A stretch of DNA of 64,000 bases from Sphingobacteriales bacterium (GCA_016718845.1 JADKCK010000037.1:1-64000), one strand, 5' to 3'. Positions 9,959 through 23,232 are shown, counted from the first letter of the stretch. The notes: generated by a model from the letters alone, not told the origin. Numbers and translations are program-made.

Positions 9959-10633
9959 ATGGCACACTTAATAGCTCCCTCGATTTTAGCCGCCGATTTC
10001 GCCAATTTACAGCGCGACATAACAATGGTTAACCAAAGCCAAGCCGATTGGTTTCATTTAGATGTTATGGACGGCAGATTTGTACCCAACATTTCGTTTG
10101 GTATGCCCGTTATTGAGGCAATCAAAAAACACGCACAAAAACCACTCGATGTGCATTTGATGATTGTAGAACCCGAAAAATACCTAACCGACTTTAAACA
10201 AGCAGGTGCCGATGTGCTTACCGTACACTACGAAGTATGCGCACACCTACACCGCACCCTACAAGCCATACGCGCCCTAGGTATGAAAGCAGGCGTTGCC
10301 CTAAACCCGCACACACCCGTAGGTTTGTTGGCAGATGTTATTACCGACATAGATTTGGTTTGCCTAATGTCGGTTAATCCGGGCTTTGGCGGGCAAAAGT
10401 TTATTGCCCACACCCTACACAAAGTAACCCAACTGCGCCACCTAATCGACAAAACAAAATCGAAAGCCCTAATAGAAATTGACGGCGGCGTGGGCTTAAA
10501 CAATGCCCAAACACTTATCGAGGCTGGCGCCGATGTGTTGGTAGCAGGTAGCAGCGTATTCGCATCGGCTAATCCAACCCAAACCATCGAGCAGCTAAAA
10601 CAACTAAAACCTGTTGCTTTGTACCAAGATTAG
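9959..10633 (+). CDS. rpe: ribulose-phosphate 3-epimerase
   Basis: MAHLIAPSILAADFANL...HLDVMDGRFVPNISFG...DVHLMIV...VNPGFGGQKF are hallmark Rpe motifs. The protein is 224 aa. Confidence 0.85.
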   Translation: MAHLIAPSILAADFANLQRDITMVNQSQADWFHLDVMDGRFVPNISFGMPVIEAIKKHAQKPLDVHLMIVEPEKYLTDFKQAGADVLTVHYEVCAHLHRTLQAIRALGMKAGVALNPHTPVGLLADVITDIDLVCLMSVNPGFGGQKFIAHTLHKVTQLRHLIDKTKSKALIEIDGGVGLNNAQTLIEAGADVLVAGSSVFASANPTQTIEQLKQLKPVALYQD

Positions 10634-10692
10634 GGGGCGTTGAGCGAAGTCGAAACGTGGAGATTGTAGAGACGTAGCACTGCTACATCTGA
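10634..10692 (+). repeat. dispersed intergenic element GTTGAGCGAAGTCGAAAC...GTAGAGACGTAGCNCTGCTACRTCT
   Basis: The same motif pair recurs at 38615-38700 and 38790-38820. It contains an internal inverted repeat (gtagagacgtagc / gctacatctg... ). Confidence 0.4.
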
Positions 10693-10879
10693 AAACCAAC
10701 AGTGATTATAGCCCGCAGATTATCCCCAAAAACAAACAAACCGTTTAAAGTGCCAAACAAACTTAGCACTTTAAGCGGTTTTTTGCTGTTTACAAGCTTT
10801 ATTGTTCGCTACCATCTAAACCTGCATCAATGGGGTTAGTAGACTTCACCATTTCACCACTTCACCACTTCGCCACATT

Positions 10880-11704
10880 TTATTGTTCGCTACCATCTAA
10901 ACCTGCATCAATGGGGTCGGTGGACAAGTTATCTTCGGTTAATAGTGTATCGGTGGTGCTATTGGCGGCGGTGCTGCTATTTACCTCAAAACCCCAATCG
11001 CCAAGGCGTTGAGGTTGTTCTCTATACAAACCCAATAGTATGTCGCGCACCGACGATAAGTAAAACCGAATGGTATTAACCGTTTTGCTTGTTTGCCCTT
11101 TGGCAATTCCCAACAACAAATTGCGGCTTTGTGTAGCTGTTTCGCCATCGCGAGCCACCTGCGCGGCTTGCTCAACCAATAGGTTTGCTTGTGCTACTAA
11201 GGCAATTAACCCATCGGCTAATACAGCAGGGATAAGGCTATTTGCTCCATTAGCCGCATGTTTTTTTACGATGATGTCGGCTAAACGGCTTAATTCTTCG
11301 GCATTACGGGGTATCTCTATCTTTATCTCGTTTAGTGGCGAGTTAACCACATAGCCATAAGCGCCCAATTCGCGCTCTTTGCCCCTGTAAATACCCAATA
11401 GATAATCGCGGATAGCCCTAACATAAAAAGTAACGGTGTTGGGGGTATAGCTATTTTGGGTAATGTGTGTACCTAAAGTCAAGTTGCGACTTTCGGTTAG
11501 GCGCTCGGCTTCTTTTTTTAGGTCAATTTGCTCTTCGTTTTTAGTCAGTGCTTGGGTATAAACTGCCTGCATAGGCTGCATAATGCTATTGGGCAGTGGG
11601 CTAAGATTGCCATCTTTGGCGTGTTTTTTTAACACATTGTCTGCCAAAGTCTGCATTTTTTGAACATTTAAAGGTATCTGTACCTTAATTGTTTGATTCG
11701 GCAT
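10880..11704 (-). CDS. hypothetical protein with an internal duplication of an approximately 120-aa domain
   Basis: The two halves align: IPLNVQKMQTLADNVLKKHAKDG...RNLTLG...VTFYVRAIRDYLLGIYRGKERELGAYGYVVNS versus IPRNAEELSRLADIIVKKHAANG...RNLLLG...IRFYLSSVRDILLGLYREQPQRLGDWGFEVNS. The start was placed at ATG 11702-11704. The longer ORF to 12217 only translates the upstream tandem repeats. Confidence 0.5.
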   Translation of the reverse strand: MPNQTIKVQIPLNVQKMQTLADNVLKKHAKDGNLSPLPNSIMQPMQAVYTQALTKNEEQIDLKKEAERLTESRNLTLGTHITQNSYTPNTVTFYVRAIRDYLLGIYRGKERELGAYGYVVNSPLNEIKIEIPRNAEELSRLADIIVKKHAANGANSLIPAVLADGLIALVAQANLLVEQAAQVARDGETATQSRNLLLGIAKGQTSKTVNTIRFYLSSVRDILLGLYREQPQRLGDWGFEVNSSTAANSTTDTLLTEDNLSTDPIDAGLDGSEQ

Positions 11705-11760
11705 CGTAAATAAATTTAAAGTTATTAAAAATGGATTATTATCTATCAAAAATAAAGTAT

Positions 11761-12230
11761 TGAGGGCAACATGAGGTATATTGAGGGCAACATGAGGTAT
11801 ATTGAGGGCAACATGAGGTATATTGAGGGCAACATAAGGTATATTGAGGGCAACATGAGGTATATTGAGGGCAACATAAGGTATATTGAGGGCAACATGA
11901 GGTATATTGAGGGCAACATGAGGTATATTGAGGGCAACATGAGGTATATTGAGGGCAACATGAGGTATATTGAGGGCAACATGAGGTATATTGAGGGCAA
12001 TATATGGGTTGTTGGAGGCAATATATGGGTTGTTGGAGGCAATATATGGGTTGTTGGAGGCAATATATGGGTTGTTGGAGGCAATATATGGGTTGTTGGA
12101 GGCAATATATGGGTTGTTGGAGGCAATATATGGGTTGTTGGAGGCAATATATGGGTTGTTGGAGGCAATACTTGGGTTTAAAGAGGCAATACTTGGGTTT
12201 AAAGAGGCAATGCTCACTCCGCTAGGAGCA
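11761..12230. repeat. 21-bp tandem satellite in three sub-arrays (atgaggtatattgagggcaac x12; atatgggttgttggaggcaat x9; acttgggtttaaagaggcaat x2)
   Basis: Perfect to near-perfect 21-mer tandem copies lie immediately upstream of the 10880..11704 gene. All six frames give spurious repetitive ORFs. Confidence 0.85.
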
Positions 12231-12715
12231 AAATATGGGTAGCAAAGCGTAATATGGGAAACATTTGAACATTAAACACCTTATAGACGTATTTTATTGT
12301 GCAATGGTTGCTTTTGTGGGTAAAAAATGTTTTGGAGTGCGACTATGTTGTTGTTTGCGAGGTACAAACAATTAAAAGGGAGCATTAAATACGCTCTTTT
12401 GAAGATTTGTTAAAAGAAAGATTTTAACATAACTACCTAATAATTAAGCGTTTATGTGTTACAGCAAAATAAATTTAATCATAAATGTACCCAAACACAC
12501 TAAGTTTGCAAAAGTTTTAGTATTTTTGTGCTGAACTGATAGTGGAATTTTAACTCCATTACAAATACACAAAAGCTTTAAAAGGCAGTGTAATTGTAAC
12601 TTTTTATAAACCAGAAGTGCTTGTAACACTTCGCAACAAACCGCTTTTATGAAAGCAAAAATTTTATCCCTTAAACATATTACCCCCCCCCCATATATGT
12701 AGGTTATGGGTAATT

Positions 12716-15295
12716 GTGTGTGTGTTGCTGGCTACCCATTGCAATTGGGCGTGGGGGCAGGGTGCAACAAGCATTGATACCTTAGCAAAGGTGGTGGTTT
12801 TTGACCAATATGGCAATGTCAAAAAGCCAAGCGACATGCAAATGAAAACAGTTATAGCTACTTGCAATGCGGGTATGTTTACACTACATTTCGACCATGA
12901 ATTAACTACTATAGCAGGAGTTGACGACCTAGCAGTACGAAACGTGGTTTGCCAAGTGTTTACCGATTTATCGGCATTACTAGCGCCAACATCCAATTGC
13001 AGTGGAGCTTCGCCCAACGTAGATATTAGAATTGGCGAAATGCTTGAAGCAGAAGCTACCTCATCACCTAATTATGCAGCAGCTACATCAACTCATGCTG
13101 TTTTCCGCGACCGTGATGATGACCACGACGACATTAATGGCGATGGTACCGATGATCACGGGCTAAGCACTGCTAATGGTTGTACTTCATTAGATGCTAC
13201 TATAACTCCAAACAATCCAGATTTGGATTGTGATGCCGATTTTGATAGCGATGGAGCAGATGATGATGACTACGAAGGCATTTTAGATAACGAAGTATGG
13301 CATGTAATTAACACAGGTGATAATAGTTTGCCTTATCGTTTTTGGGCACCTGCTATTAATACCTATGATGCAGAAATTAGGATTCGCTTTTCACCATTTA
13401 GCGGACAAACAGTACCACCTACTTGGTATTTGGGTAATGCTAACCCCATACCCACAAACACATTCGATTTGTATTCGGTTATCCTGCACGAGGCTATTCA
13501 TACATTAGGTTTCTACTCTTACCTAACCTTTGACGGGCAGGGTACAGCTATAAATTTGCTATCTCTTTATGATAGTCCAGTAGCAGGCAGATACTATACC
13601 CGTTATGATACACATTTGCATCAACTAACCAATGGTGGTAGCTTACCGCTAATTGTACCCACATCAAATGCAGGTTTTATGGCTAACCCTTATAGTTGGC
13701 ATTTTAATCCAGCTATAGCTACTGCTAACACAGCTATTGCCAATACACTACTAAACAGTTGTGCTTTTGATGCCAATTTTAATATGAGCCCTGCTGCTAT
13801 TGTTTATCAATACAACGGTGCTAATTATCCTGTTTTTGCTCCAAATGTCTTTTCTGGTGGAGCATCGTTGAGCCATTTGCACGTAGGCTATAGCATAAAT
13901 GGTACTGCAACTACTACTCAATACGTTATGAACTGGTTTGCCTCGGCAGGAGAAGTAAAACGCAATATAACCACCGACGAACTAAATATTTTGTGTTCTT
14001 TGGGGTATAAAATATTGGGAACCAACAATTGTGACCAAAGAGTAATTGGCATAAACGAAGAAATAGACGCTGCCAACATAAGCAGTTTTGGAGCTGATAC
14101 CCCACCCGATGATTGCCATGCTAACTACACCATGGAGATGTGCCCACACACCGATGGCACACCTGCAAGCGGTACTATTACCGTAGACATACTTGCCAAC
14201 GATGCCGCAGCAACAAGCAATACTAATTTCACCCCAACCGATGCAGTAGGGTTTGAGCTAGTGAATAATGTATTTTTTCAAAGTTCGGGCAGTGCTGTAT
14301 TAGAACTAACCACCAGCCACCTAAGCACAGGCGAATATGATTTAATGCTTAGTTCGCCAACACCCATTAACTATGTAGGTGCTGTATTGATAAAATACGT
14401 TCCGGTAGATTCGTACGGACGCTTTGGTAATGTTACCTATATTGAGGTATGGGTAAAGCCATGTACCATACTAAATGCCACTGTACAACCTTGCGATGGC
14501 GATGGGTGCAATTTGTTTTGCAACAGTAATTTTAATTTTGTGCAAAACCCTACTAACTGCCTACTAATGCCCGATAATTATGACATTGATTTGCTTCCTC
14601 AATCAGTAAACGTAAATTCGGTTTGTACTTCTAATTGGAACAATTTACATGGTGCAAATTACGTAGACATAGCACATGATAATTTATTACCCGCCAACAC
14701 TTACCCAATAACTATGCAGTATTGGCTAGATAATACGCAACATCGTTGGGATAATAAATTAATTACTGCCGTTAATATTAAACAAGACCACGAATATCTA
14801 TTGTCTTTTTTATTGCGCCGTGTATATGATATTCCAATGGGCAATTTTAGGGTGCATTTAACAACAGATGGAGCTATTGATAACGGCTTAAATACAATAC
14901 CTCCACAATTTTTACCCCATGTGCAACCCATGACAACTATAGCACAACCACAATATTTAGGGCTTACCGACATACAAATGCTTGATTTTACTAGCCAACA
15001 AGCTAATCCCAATCAAATGGTTTTTGAATTGCCTGTTAATGCCAATAACCAAAGTACGGTTGATATTAACGTTTGGATTACCGGTCCGCCACCTGTTGTT
15101 CATCCTTTTACACAAGTAGGTACTTGTTTTACGGCTACCCAAAATTGGAATAGGGTTTATTTTGAAGTTATTGCACCAAATGCAATCAACGAGTTAAGTA
15201 TAGCAATGCCTTTTTTGTTAGATGTAACCGACTATAGACAAAAGTTTGCGAACCTTGCAGCCGAGTATCCCGCAGCACGGTTGTTAACAACTTAA
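12716..15295 (+). CDS. secreted zinc-metalloprotease-like protein (HExxH) with a poly-Asp Ca-binding-like region; likely the N-terminal part of a larger frameshifted gene
   Basis: VILHEAIHTLGF is an HExxH motif. An acidic tract DRDDDHDDINGDGTDDHG...DCDADFDSDGADDDDYEG is present. The ORF begins at GTG just after a C10 homopolymer (12683-12692), so the true start is unclear. Confidence 0.45.
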   Translation: MCVLLATHCNWAWGQGATSIDTLAKVVVFDQYGNVKKPSDMQMKTVIATCNAGMFTLHFDHELTTIAGVDDLAVRNVVCQVFTDLSALLAPTSNCSGASPNVDIRIGEMLEAEATSSPNYAAATSTHAVFRDRDDDHDDINGDGTDDHGLSTANGCTSLDATITPNNPDLDCDADFDSDGADDDDYEGILDNEVWHVINTGDNSLPYRFWAPAINTYDAEIRIRFSPFSGQTVPPTWYLGNANPIPTNTFDLYSVILHEAIHTLGFYSYLTFDGQGTAINLLSLYDSPVAGRYYTRYDTHLHQLTNGGSLPLIVPTSNAGFMANPYSWHFNPAIATANTAIANTLLNSCAFDANFNMSPAAIVYQYNGANYPVFAPNVFSGGASLSHLHVGYSINGTATTTQYVMNWFASAGEVKRNITTDELNILCSLGYKILGTNNCDQRVIGINEEIDAANISSFGADTPPDDCHANYTMEMCPHTDGTPASGTITVDILANDAAATSNTNFTPTDAVGFELVNNVFFQSSGSAVLELTTSHLSTGEYDLMLSSPTPINYVGAVLIKYVPVDSYGRFGNVTYIEVWVKPCTILNATVQPCDGDGCNLFCNSNFNFVQNPTNCLLMPDNYDIDLLPQSVNVNSVCTSNWNNLHGANYVDIAHDNLLPANTYPITMQYWLDNTQHRWDNKLITAVNIKQDHEYLLSFLLRRVYDIPMGNFRVHLTTDGAIDNGLNTIPPQFLPHVQPMTTIAQPQYLGLTDIQMLDFTSQQANPNQMVFELPVNANNQSTVDINVWITGPPPVVHPFTQVGTCFTATQNWNRVYFEVIAPNAINELSIAMPFLLDVTDYRQKFANLAAEYPAARLLTT

Positions 15296-15302
15296 TACGC
15301 TT

Positions 15303-17888
15303 GTGCCTGCTTGTGGTAGTTTAAATGTAATTTATCGCTGGGAGGATTGTAGCGGCAACATACTTGCCCAATCTACCGATGGTATAATACCACCATTACC
15401 CCCCACTAGCTGCACTACTGCTTTTATACTACACCGCATTACTAGTCTTACACCACATTTGGGCAATAACAACCAACTCGATTATGTTTACGAGCAAGCC
15501 AACTGCCCAACTGCCGCCGAGTTTGACCAACAAGTATCCATAATTGTTACCGTGCCTAACCCTAATGCTATACAAACCCAAACACTTAGCAATACACATA
15601 CCTATTTGCCTAATAACCACCCATTTGGCTCGGCAGCAGGTACTGCCGCCAACCCTATACAAGTAGAGGGCGACATTATCCTAAACCCTAATGCAAATAT
15701 TACCCTCGAAAACCTTCATTTTCAGATGGGATACAAAGCACGTGTAATAGTAACCCGCAATAACACAGGTACTGCAGCAGCTAAATTGCGCTTACATGGT
15801 TGTACCTTCGAGGCAATGCCATCGTGCAATGCAGGCTGCCCCATGATGTGGCAAGGCATACAAGTTTGGGGACCCGGCGAAGAAGTAACGCAAACCACTA
15901 CTAATGCCGCAGCATTGTTTATCGAAGAGTCTATTGACCATAACCCTACTGTAATTAAAGATGCCGTTATAGGCATTATGACTACACGCCTAGACCCCCA
16001 ATTTAAGTTCACAACCATGGCGGCTAACATCCAAGATTTAACCTTCGATGATACCGATAGCGACCCTAATACCAACAATACCCCCTCGCAGTTGTACATC
16101 AATAACTCGGCGGTTACGGTGCTACCACAAATACGCACCAACCCCGAGGCATACGCTTATGGCGGCGGATGGCTATGGATTGGCGACCGTTACCAAACAC
16201 TATTCGAAAATTGCTTTTATGGGGTGCTAATACCACACTACCACAAAGCCTTTTTAGTACCCGCCGCAAACCCCGGCCACAGGGTATCAAATATACTCCA
16301 CGCATTTTAACTCAACAGGCTTGCGGTTCCGTTTGCTAACCTACAAACCGAAGTAGGCATAGCGGAAAAGGCAAACGTAAAACAAAAATACTTACCAACC
16401 TCAAACATTTTACTAACATTTACGGCATACGAGGCAGCAGTACCCAGTTTATTAAGGCAGGTTACAGCTTTTTTACAGATTGTAACGTAGGTGTGTCGGT
16501 GCAAGCACCTACAGCAGGTGTAGAGCCTTTAACCGAAGTAACAGGCAACACTTTTAGCAACTGCAACACAGGCATACAAGGCGACGGTTTAAATATTTTG
16601 GTACAAGAAAACAGCATAAATGGCACCGCTGCCCAAGGTACAGTAGGCGTGTTTTTGCGTGGCTCGTTTTTTAAAGTAGGTGGCACCTACAACGGCAATA
16701 ACTATACAGGCAATGCCTTAAGCAACCTAAATGTTGGCATTGCCACCATGGACTGTAGCGACCTAGGTAACGAAATACGCAACAATACCCTAAGCCAAGT
16801 AAACACAGGCATTAGGGCTATGCGCAATAATAGCGGGCTAAGTATAGGCTGCAACAACATTAACTACAAACAATATGGCGTACTTGTACACTCATGGAAT
16901 GGCGTAAATGGGCAAATACCAGACCAAGGTGATTGTAATGACATAACGATAGGACCTGCGTTTAATACTTTTTCGTATTCACCCACAACTCCTTCAAGTC
17001 CTAATCCCAGAGCTATTGAACTGAATAATGCACAAGCATTTACATACAGCGACATAAACACCACCGTTAATACCTTAAATATATTGGGTATTAGTGGTAT
17101 TGTAACATTAGACCCTTGTTTTGGATACAATAGTAATTGCAACACCTACACACTGCCCAATCCGTTGCTTATTAACAGTATGAGCACCATTGGCGATAAA
17201 AACGAAGCACTAAGCAAATGGCTGCGCCAATACCAAGCCGACAGCAACTATACCGCAGCTAAACAATTGCTGCAGCAAGTAGCTACCCCGATGGCAATAC
17301 GCAAACGCATACAAGACGAGTACGAAAACGAAGCCTATACCACCGCCAAAGGTTTGTTAGACGGTATGTCCATCGAAAAACTCGAAGACCAACAGTTTAA
17401 CGACCTACAGCGCATGTTAATAAACCTAAAAGAAACGGGCAGTAGCTACCAAAACCTAAACGATACCCAAGTAGAAACCCTACTACAAATGGCAAACTCG
17501 CCTACCGAAGCCGCCTACCGTGCCCAAGCCGTATTGTATATGGCACGCGGCTACGAGTTTCCGGTAATACTACCCAACGAAGAAGGTAACTATACCTATA
17601 GCGTATTTAAAACTGCAACCAATAACGCTTTAACCAATGCTACTACTTTTAGCACCTTATACCTAACCCTACCAAAGACCAACTGTTTTTAGATTATGCA
17701 TTAGACAACGAACAACAAGCCACCATTAGCTTGTTTGATTTAAACGGACGCATAGTAAAACAAGACAAACTAACAGGCAACGGAAAACTACAGTGGTTGG
17801 TAGATACCTTACCAAGCGGCTTTTATTACTACCAAATACAACAGAACAACGAAACTACTATTACCAACAAAGTAATAATTATTAAATA
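15303..17888 (+). pseudogene. continuation segments (15303..16310, 16493..17692, 17693..17888 in three frames). They encode right-handed beta-helix-like repeats and a T9SS C-terminal sorting domain. Together with 12716..15295 they probably form one large secreted protein disrupted by frameshifts
   Basis: Segment 3 has NxxGxxxG beta-helix-like periodicity (NTGIQGDGLNILVQENSINGTAAQG...). The last piece, LDYALDNEQQATISLFDLNGRIVKQDKL...GFYYYQIQQNNETTITNKVIIIK, is a T9SS CTD in another frame, after a T5 run at about 17686. Confidence 0.4.
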
Positions 17889-17968
17889 ACCTAACAACAA
17901 AACGATTTTGCAGGTAGTTTTATACTACTTGCAAAATCGTTTTGTTTGTAAACTAAAATATAGTAGCT

Positions 17969-19681
17969 ATGAAAACTTTTTTATACCTCTGTCTTTTGTT
18001 TTGCTCCATGTTAGGTTTTGCACAGCCTAAATATTTCGAAAAAAATATGGGCTGGTCAAATGTACACGAAGGCAGAAGAATTATCCAAAAATCGATTGAT
18101 GATTACATCATCATGGGAAATGTTTTAAGCCCATCTTGGAAAGCATACACTATGGTAATTGATAATAATGGCACAACCCAACCGCAAATTGAGTATAGTG
18201 TATCAGAAAATGGTAATAGTGGTGGGTATGATATAATAAATACAGAATACGGCTATGCTTTTTGCGGTTTTTTAGAAAACGAATTTAGTTCATCTCAATC
18301 TTATTTATTACAAACCAATCACGAAGGAGGACTAATAAACACATTAATAATTGGCAGTAATGTCTATGCAAATGTTAGTTTTTCTCTCTGTCGTACTACC
18401 GATAAAGGGTATCTTTTGGCGGTTTTATAAACAACTCAAATGGCTTACACACACCTTATTTAATAAAATTAGATAGCCTTGGTGTGCAACAATGGGATAA
18501 AACTTGGGATAATTTCACTGATGCATTTTCAGCTTTTGTTACGGCACAACCTGCTAAAGATGGTAGTGGTTATTACCTTGTTGGTGCAATCAACAATTCT
18601 TATTCCACAGGTGATGTATTGTTGTTAAAAATTGCAGATGATGGTACCGAAATATGGCAAGCAGTTTACGGAGTAAATACAGGAGCGCGAAGTACCTAAA
18701 ACATTATTGCAAACAGATGATGGCGGTTTTGCTATATCTTACATGAAAACAACACTTCCTGAAAGTTACAGCGGGTTATTAAAACTAAATGCTGATAGAA
18801 CGATAGCATGGAATTCTGATAGTTCTTTTTATGCAAGTAGTCCTGCCGAAAAGATTATTCATATCGCTAATGAGGGGTATCTCTTTGCTGGAGAATATGA
18901 AACTGACCCTGTGTTACTCAATAACTTAGATGCTGAAATAGTACGTTTATCAGCTAATGGAGATATATTATGGAAACGTCATTATGGAGGAATGGATAAT
19001 GATTACATCTACGATTTTATCCCTACATCAGACGGGGGCTACTTTTTTGTTGGACGCACAGAAAGCCCCGATTTGGGCGTGCCTACGGGCGGTGCCAACG
19101 TCTACCTCCTCAAAACCAACTGCATGGGGCTTTTAACCGAGCCACAAGCCAACTTCACCGCACAAATAGACACCGCTTTGCTCACCGCCACCTTCCAAAA
19201 CCTATCCCAATACACCTACCCCGACAGCATAGACGGTGGGCATTACCTCTGGGACTTTGGCGATGGTACAACTTCTACCCAAATAAACCCTACACACACC
19301 TACGCACAAGGGGGTAATTACAGCGTTACCCTTACGGCGGTGGTTTGTAGTGATACGAGTGTGTTTGTGCAGCAAGTTAGTACTTGGGCGGTGGGCATAG
19401 AAGCCTCCCCCCTGCCCCCTCCAAAGGAGGAGGAGATACGGGTGTTGCCTAACCCTGCTAATGAGCAAATAAGTATTTCTCCGCCTTCAGGGGGCTGGGG
19501 GGTACAAACCCACACTTTTGTGCTATACGATGTGTTGGGTAAAGAGGTAGCAAGTCAAGTATTGTTAGCAAATGGCACAAGTGTTAAAACCCAACATTTA
19601 CCTTCGGGCATCTATCTATACCAAATCATCAACCCACAAAACCAAACTTTGCAGCATGGAAAACTTAGTATTTTGCACTAA
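17969..19681 (+). CDS. T9SS-secreted repeat protein with a PKD domain; the reading frame is broken twice (~18415 and ~18690)
   Basis: A signal peptide MKTFLYLCLLFCSMLGFA is present. Repeated DGGY..VG......D..L.K....G...W..YGG modules and a PKD motif WDFGDGTTS...HTY are present. The T9SS CTD is ...LPSGIYLYQIINPQNQTLQHGKLSILH. Three consecutive ORFs in different frames read as one protein. Confidence 0.5.
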
Positions 19682-19712
19682 AAGCCAGTAGTTTTGTTTG
19701 GCGGACAAGAAC

Positions 19713-19757
19713 AAAAAATCCCCCTTAAAAGTCCATAACTTTTAAGGGGGATTTTTG
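19713..19757. terminator. bidirectional rho-independent terminator
   Basis: The hairpin is aaaaaatcccccttaaaagt-ccataa-cttttaagggggattttt. It sits between convergent genes (19681 + end and 19775 - end). Confidence 0.55.
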
Positions 19758-19774
19758 CGTAGTGTAGCACTAAG

Positions 19775-21808
<2,034 letters not shown>

Positions 21809-21944
21809 GAAGTTGGTTTTTGAGTTCGTGTTATGCAAAAAAGTACACGGATTTTATGGGTTAGACACGGATTTTAAAAAGATTTTACCCATAGGGTTGG
21901 GTTTAAATCCAAACTTTAATTTTTTAAACGCTTTGCATGGTTTT

Positions 21945-22541
21945 TCACTTTTGGGTATCTAGCCAATGCCACAAATAGCGGGCAGCCATAGAGCGGTTAG
22001 GTTGCCAATTTTGGGCGATGTTTAGTATTTGTTGGTCAAGTTGTTTGCCGGTATCTGTTAGGCTATACAATTTTACAACGGCATTACGAACAGCTAAATC
22101 GTTAATCGGGAAAACATCGGGTCGAGCCAAGTCAAAAATCAGCAACATTTGTGCCGTCCATTTGCCAACACCTTTAATTTGGGTCAGATGTTGTACAATA
22201 TCCTCGTCGCTTAGGGCGTTTATATGCTCAAACGACAAGTTGTTGTACAAAGCAAACTCGGCAATATTTTTTACGTAGTTGGCTTTGGCGTTAGATAAAC
22301 CTACGGTGCGCAACTGCTCGACGGGCATTTGGTGCAATAGCGTTTGGGTGGGATATTGCTCGTGAAAGAGGTTTAAAAATCGGGTAAAAATAACATTAGC
22401 CACCTTGCCCGACAGTTGCTGATACACAATAGCCCTAACAAGCGATAAGTACAAATCGGATTGCAAGGCGGGCGCTTCGAGTGGTGTTAAAGGCTCGATA
22501 GCCGAATGAAAAACCAAATCGTGTGTAAATAGATATTGCAT
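21945..22541 (-). CDS. DNA-3-methyladenine glycosylase II-like (HhH-GPD superfamily, AlkA-like)
   Basis: A helix-hairpin-helix LTQIKGVGKWTAQMLLIF is followed by the catalytic D in DLAVRNAV. The size is 198 aa. Confidence 0.65.
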   Translation of the reverse strand: MQYLFTHDLVFHSAIEPLTPLEAPALQSDLYLSLVRAIVYQQLSGKVANVIFTRFLNLFHEQYPTQTLLHQMPVEQLRTVGLSNAKANYVKNIAEFALYNNLSFEHINALSDEDIVQHLTQIKGVGKWTAQMLLIFDLARPDVFPINDLAVRNAVVKLYSLTDTGKQLDQQILNIAQNWQPNRSMAARYLWHWLDTQK

Positions 22542-22639
22542 AATGCTTAGTTTTTAAAGATTAGTGTGTCCGCTGCCTAATTAGTGGCAAAGATACAAAA
22601 CTAAATGCTTATTTTTATAAAGACATGGAAAAATTACCA

Positions 22640-23232
22640 CATAGGTACATAGAAAAACATAGGAACATAGATGCGTATCAGCTATGTCTCTATGAAAACC
22701 TATGCTTCCTATGTGTCAAAAAAACGGCTGTTTTCTTGTGTAAAGTAAGAATCACCACATAGGTACATAGAAAAACATAGGAACATAGATGCTTATCAGC
22801 TATGTCTCTATGAAAACCTATGCTTCCTATGTGTCAAAAAAAAGCGTGTTCTTGTGCAAATAAAAACACCCCAGGAGCATAGATGCGTATCAGCTATGTC
22901 TCATGAAAACCATGCTTCCTATGTGTCAAAAAACGGCTGTTTTCTTGTGTAAAGTAAGAATCACCACATAGGTACATAGAAAAATATAGCCACCTATTAA
23001 CTATGCTCCTATGAGAACCTATGCTTCCTATGTGTCAAAAAAAATACCACATAGAATCATAGGAAAACATAGACTGCATAGATGAGCATTAACTATGATT
23101 CTATGAAAACCTATGCATCTATGTGTCAAAAAAAATACCACATGAGAACATAGCCACCTATTAACTATGATTCTATGAAAACCTATGCTTCCTATGTGTC
23201 AAAAAAAAACGACTGTGTTCTCTGTATCTCCG
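22640..23232. repeat. modular CATAG/CTATG iteron-like tandem repeat array (array 1), bounded by a TGTGTTCTCTGTATCTCCGTTGTAAGC terminal motif
   Basis: There are 5-6 copies of the core ctatgNNtctatgaaaacctatgcttcctatgtgtcaaaaaaa. They are separated by recurring segments of variable length (ccacataggtacatagaaaaacataggaacatagatgcgtatcag...). Confidence 0.8.

Noticed and set aside
10880-12217. Long ORF (445 aa) extending the hypothetical gene through SIASNNPYIASNNPY / NIPHVALNIPHVAL repeats. Overlapping repetitive ORFs also occur on both strands at 11746-12242.
   Set aside because: The N-terminal extension is simply the translation of the 21-bp satellite, which is open in all six frames. A proper ATG with non-repetitive sequence is at 11704.
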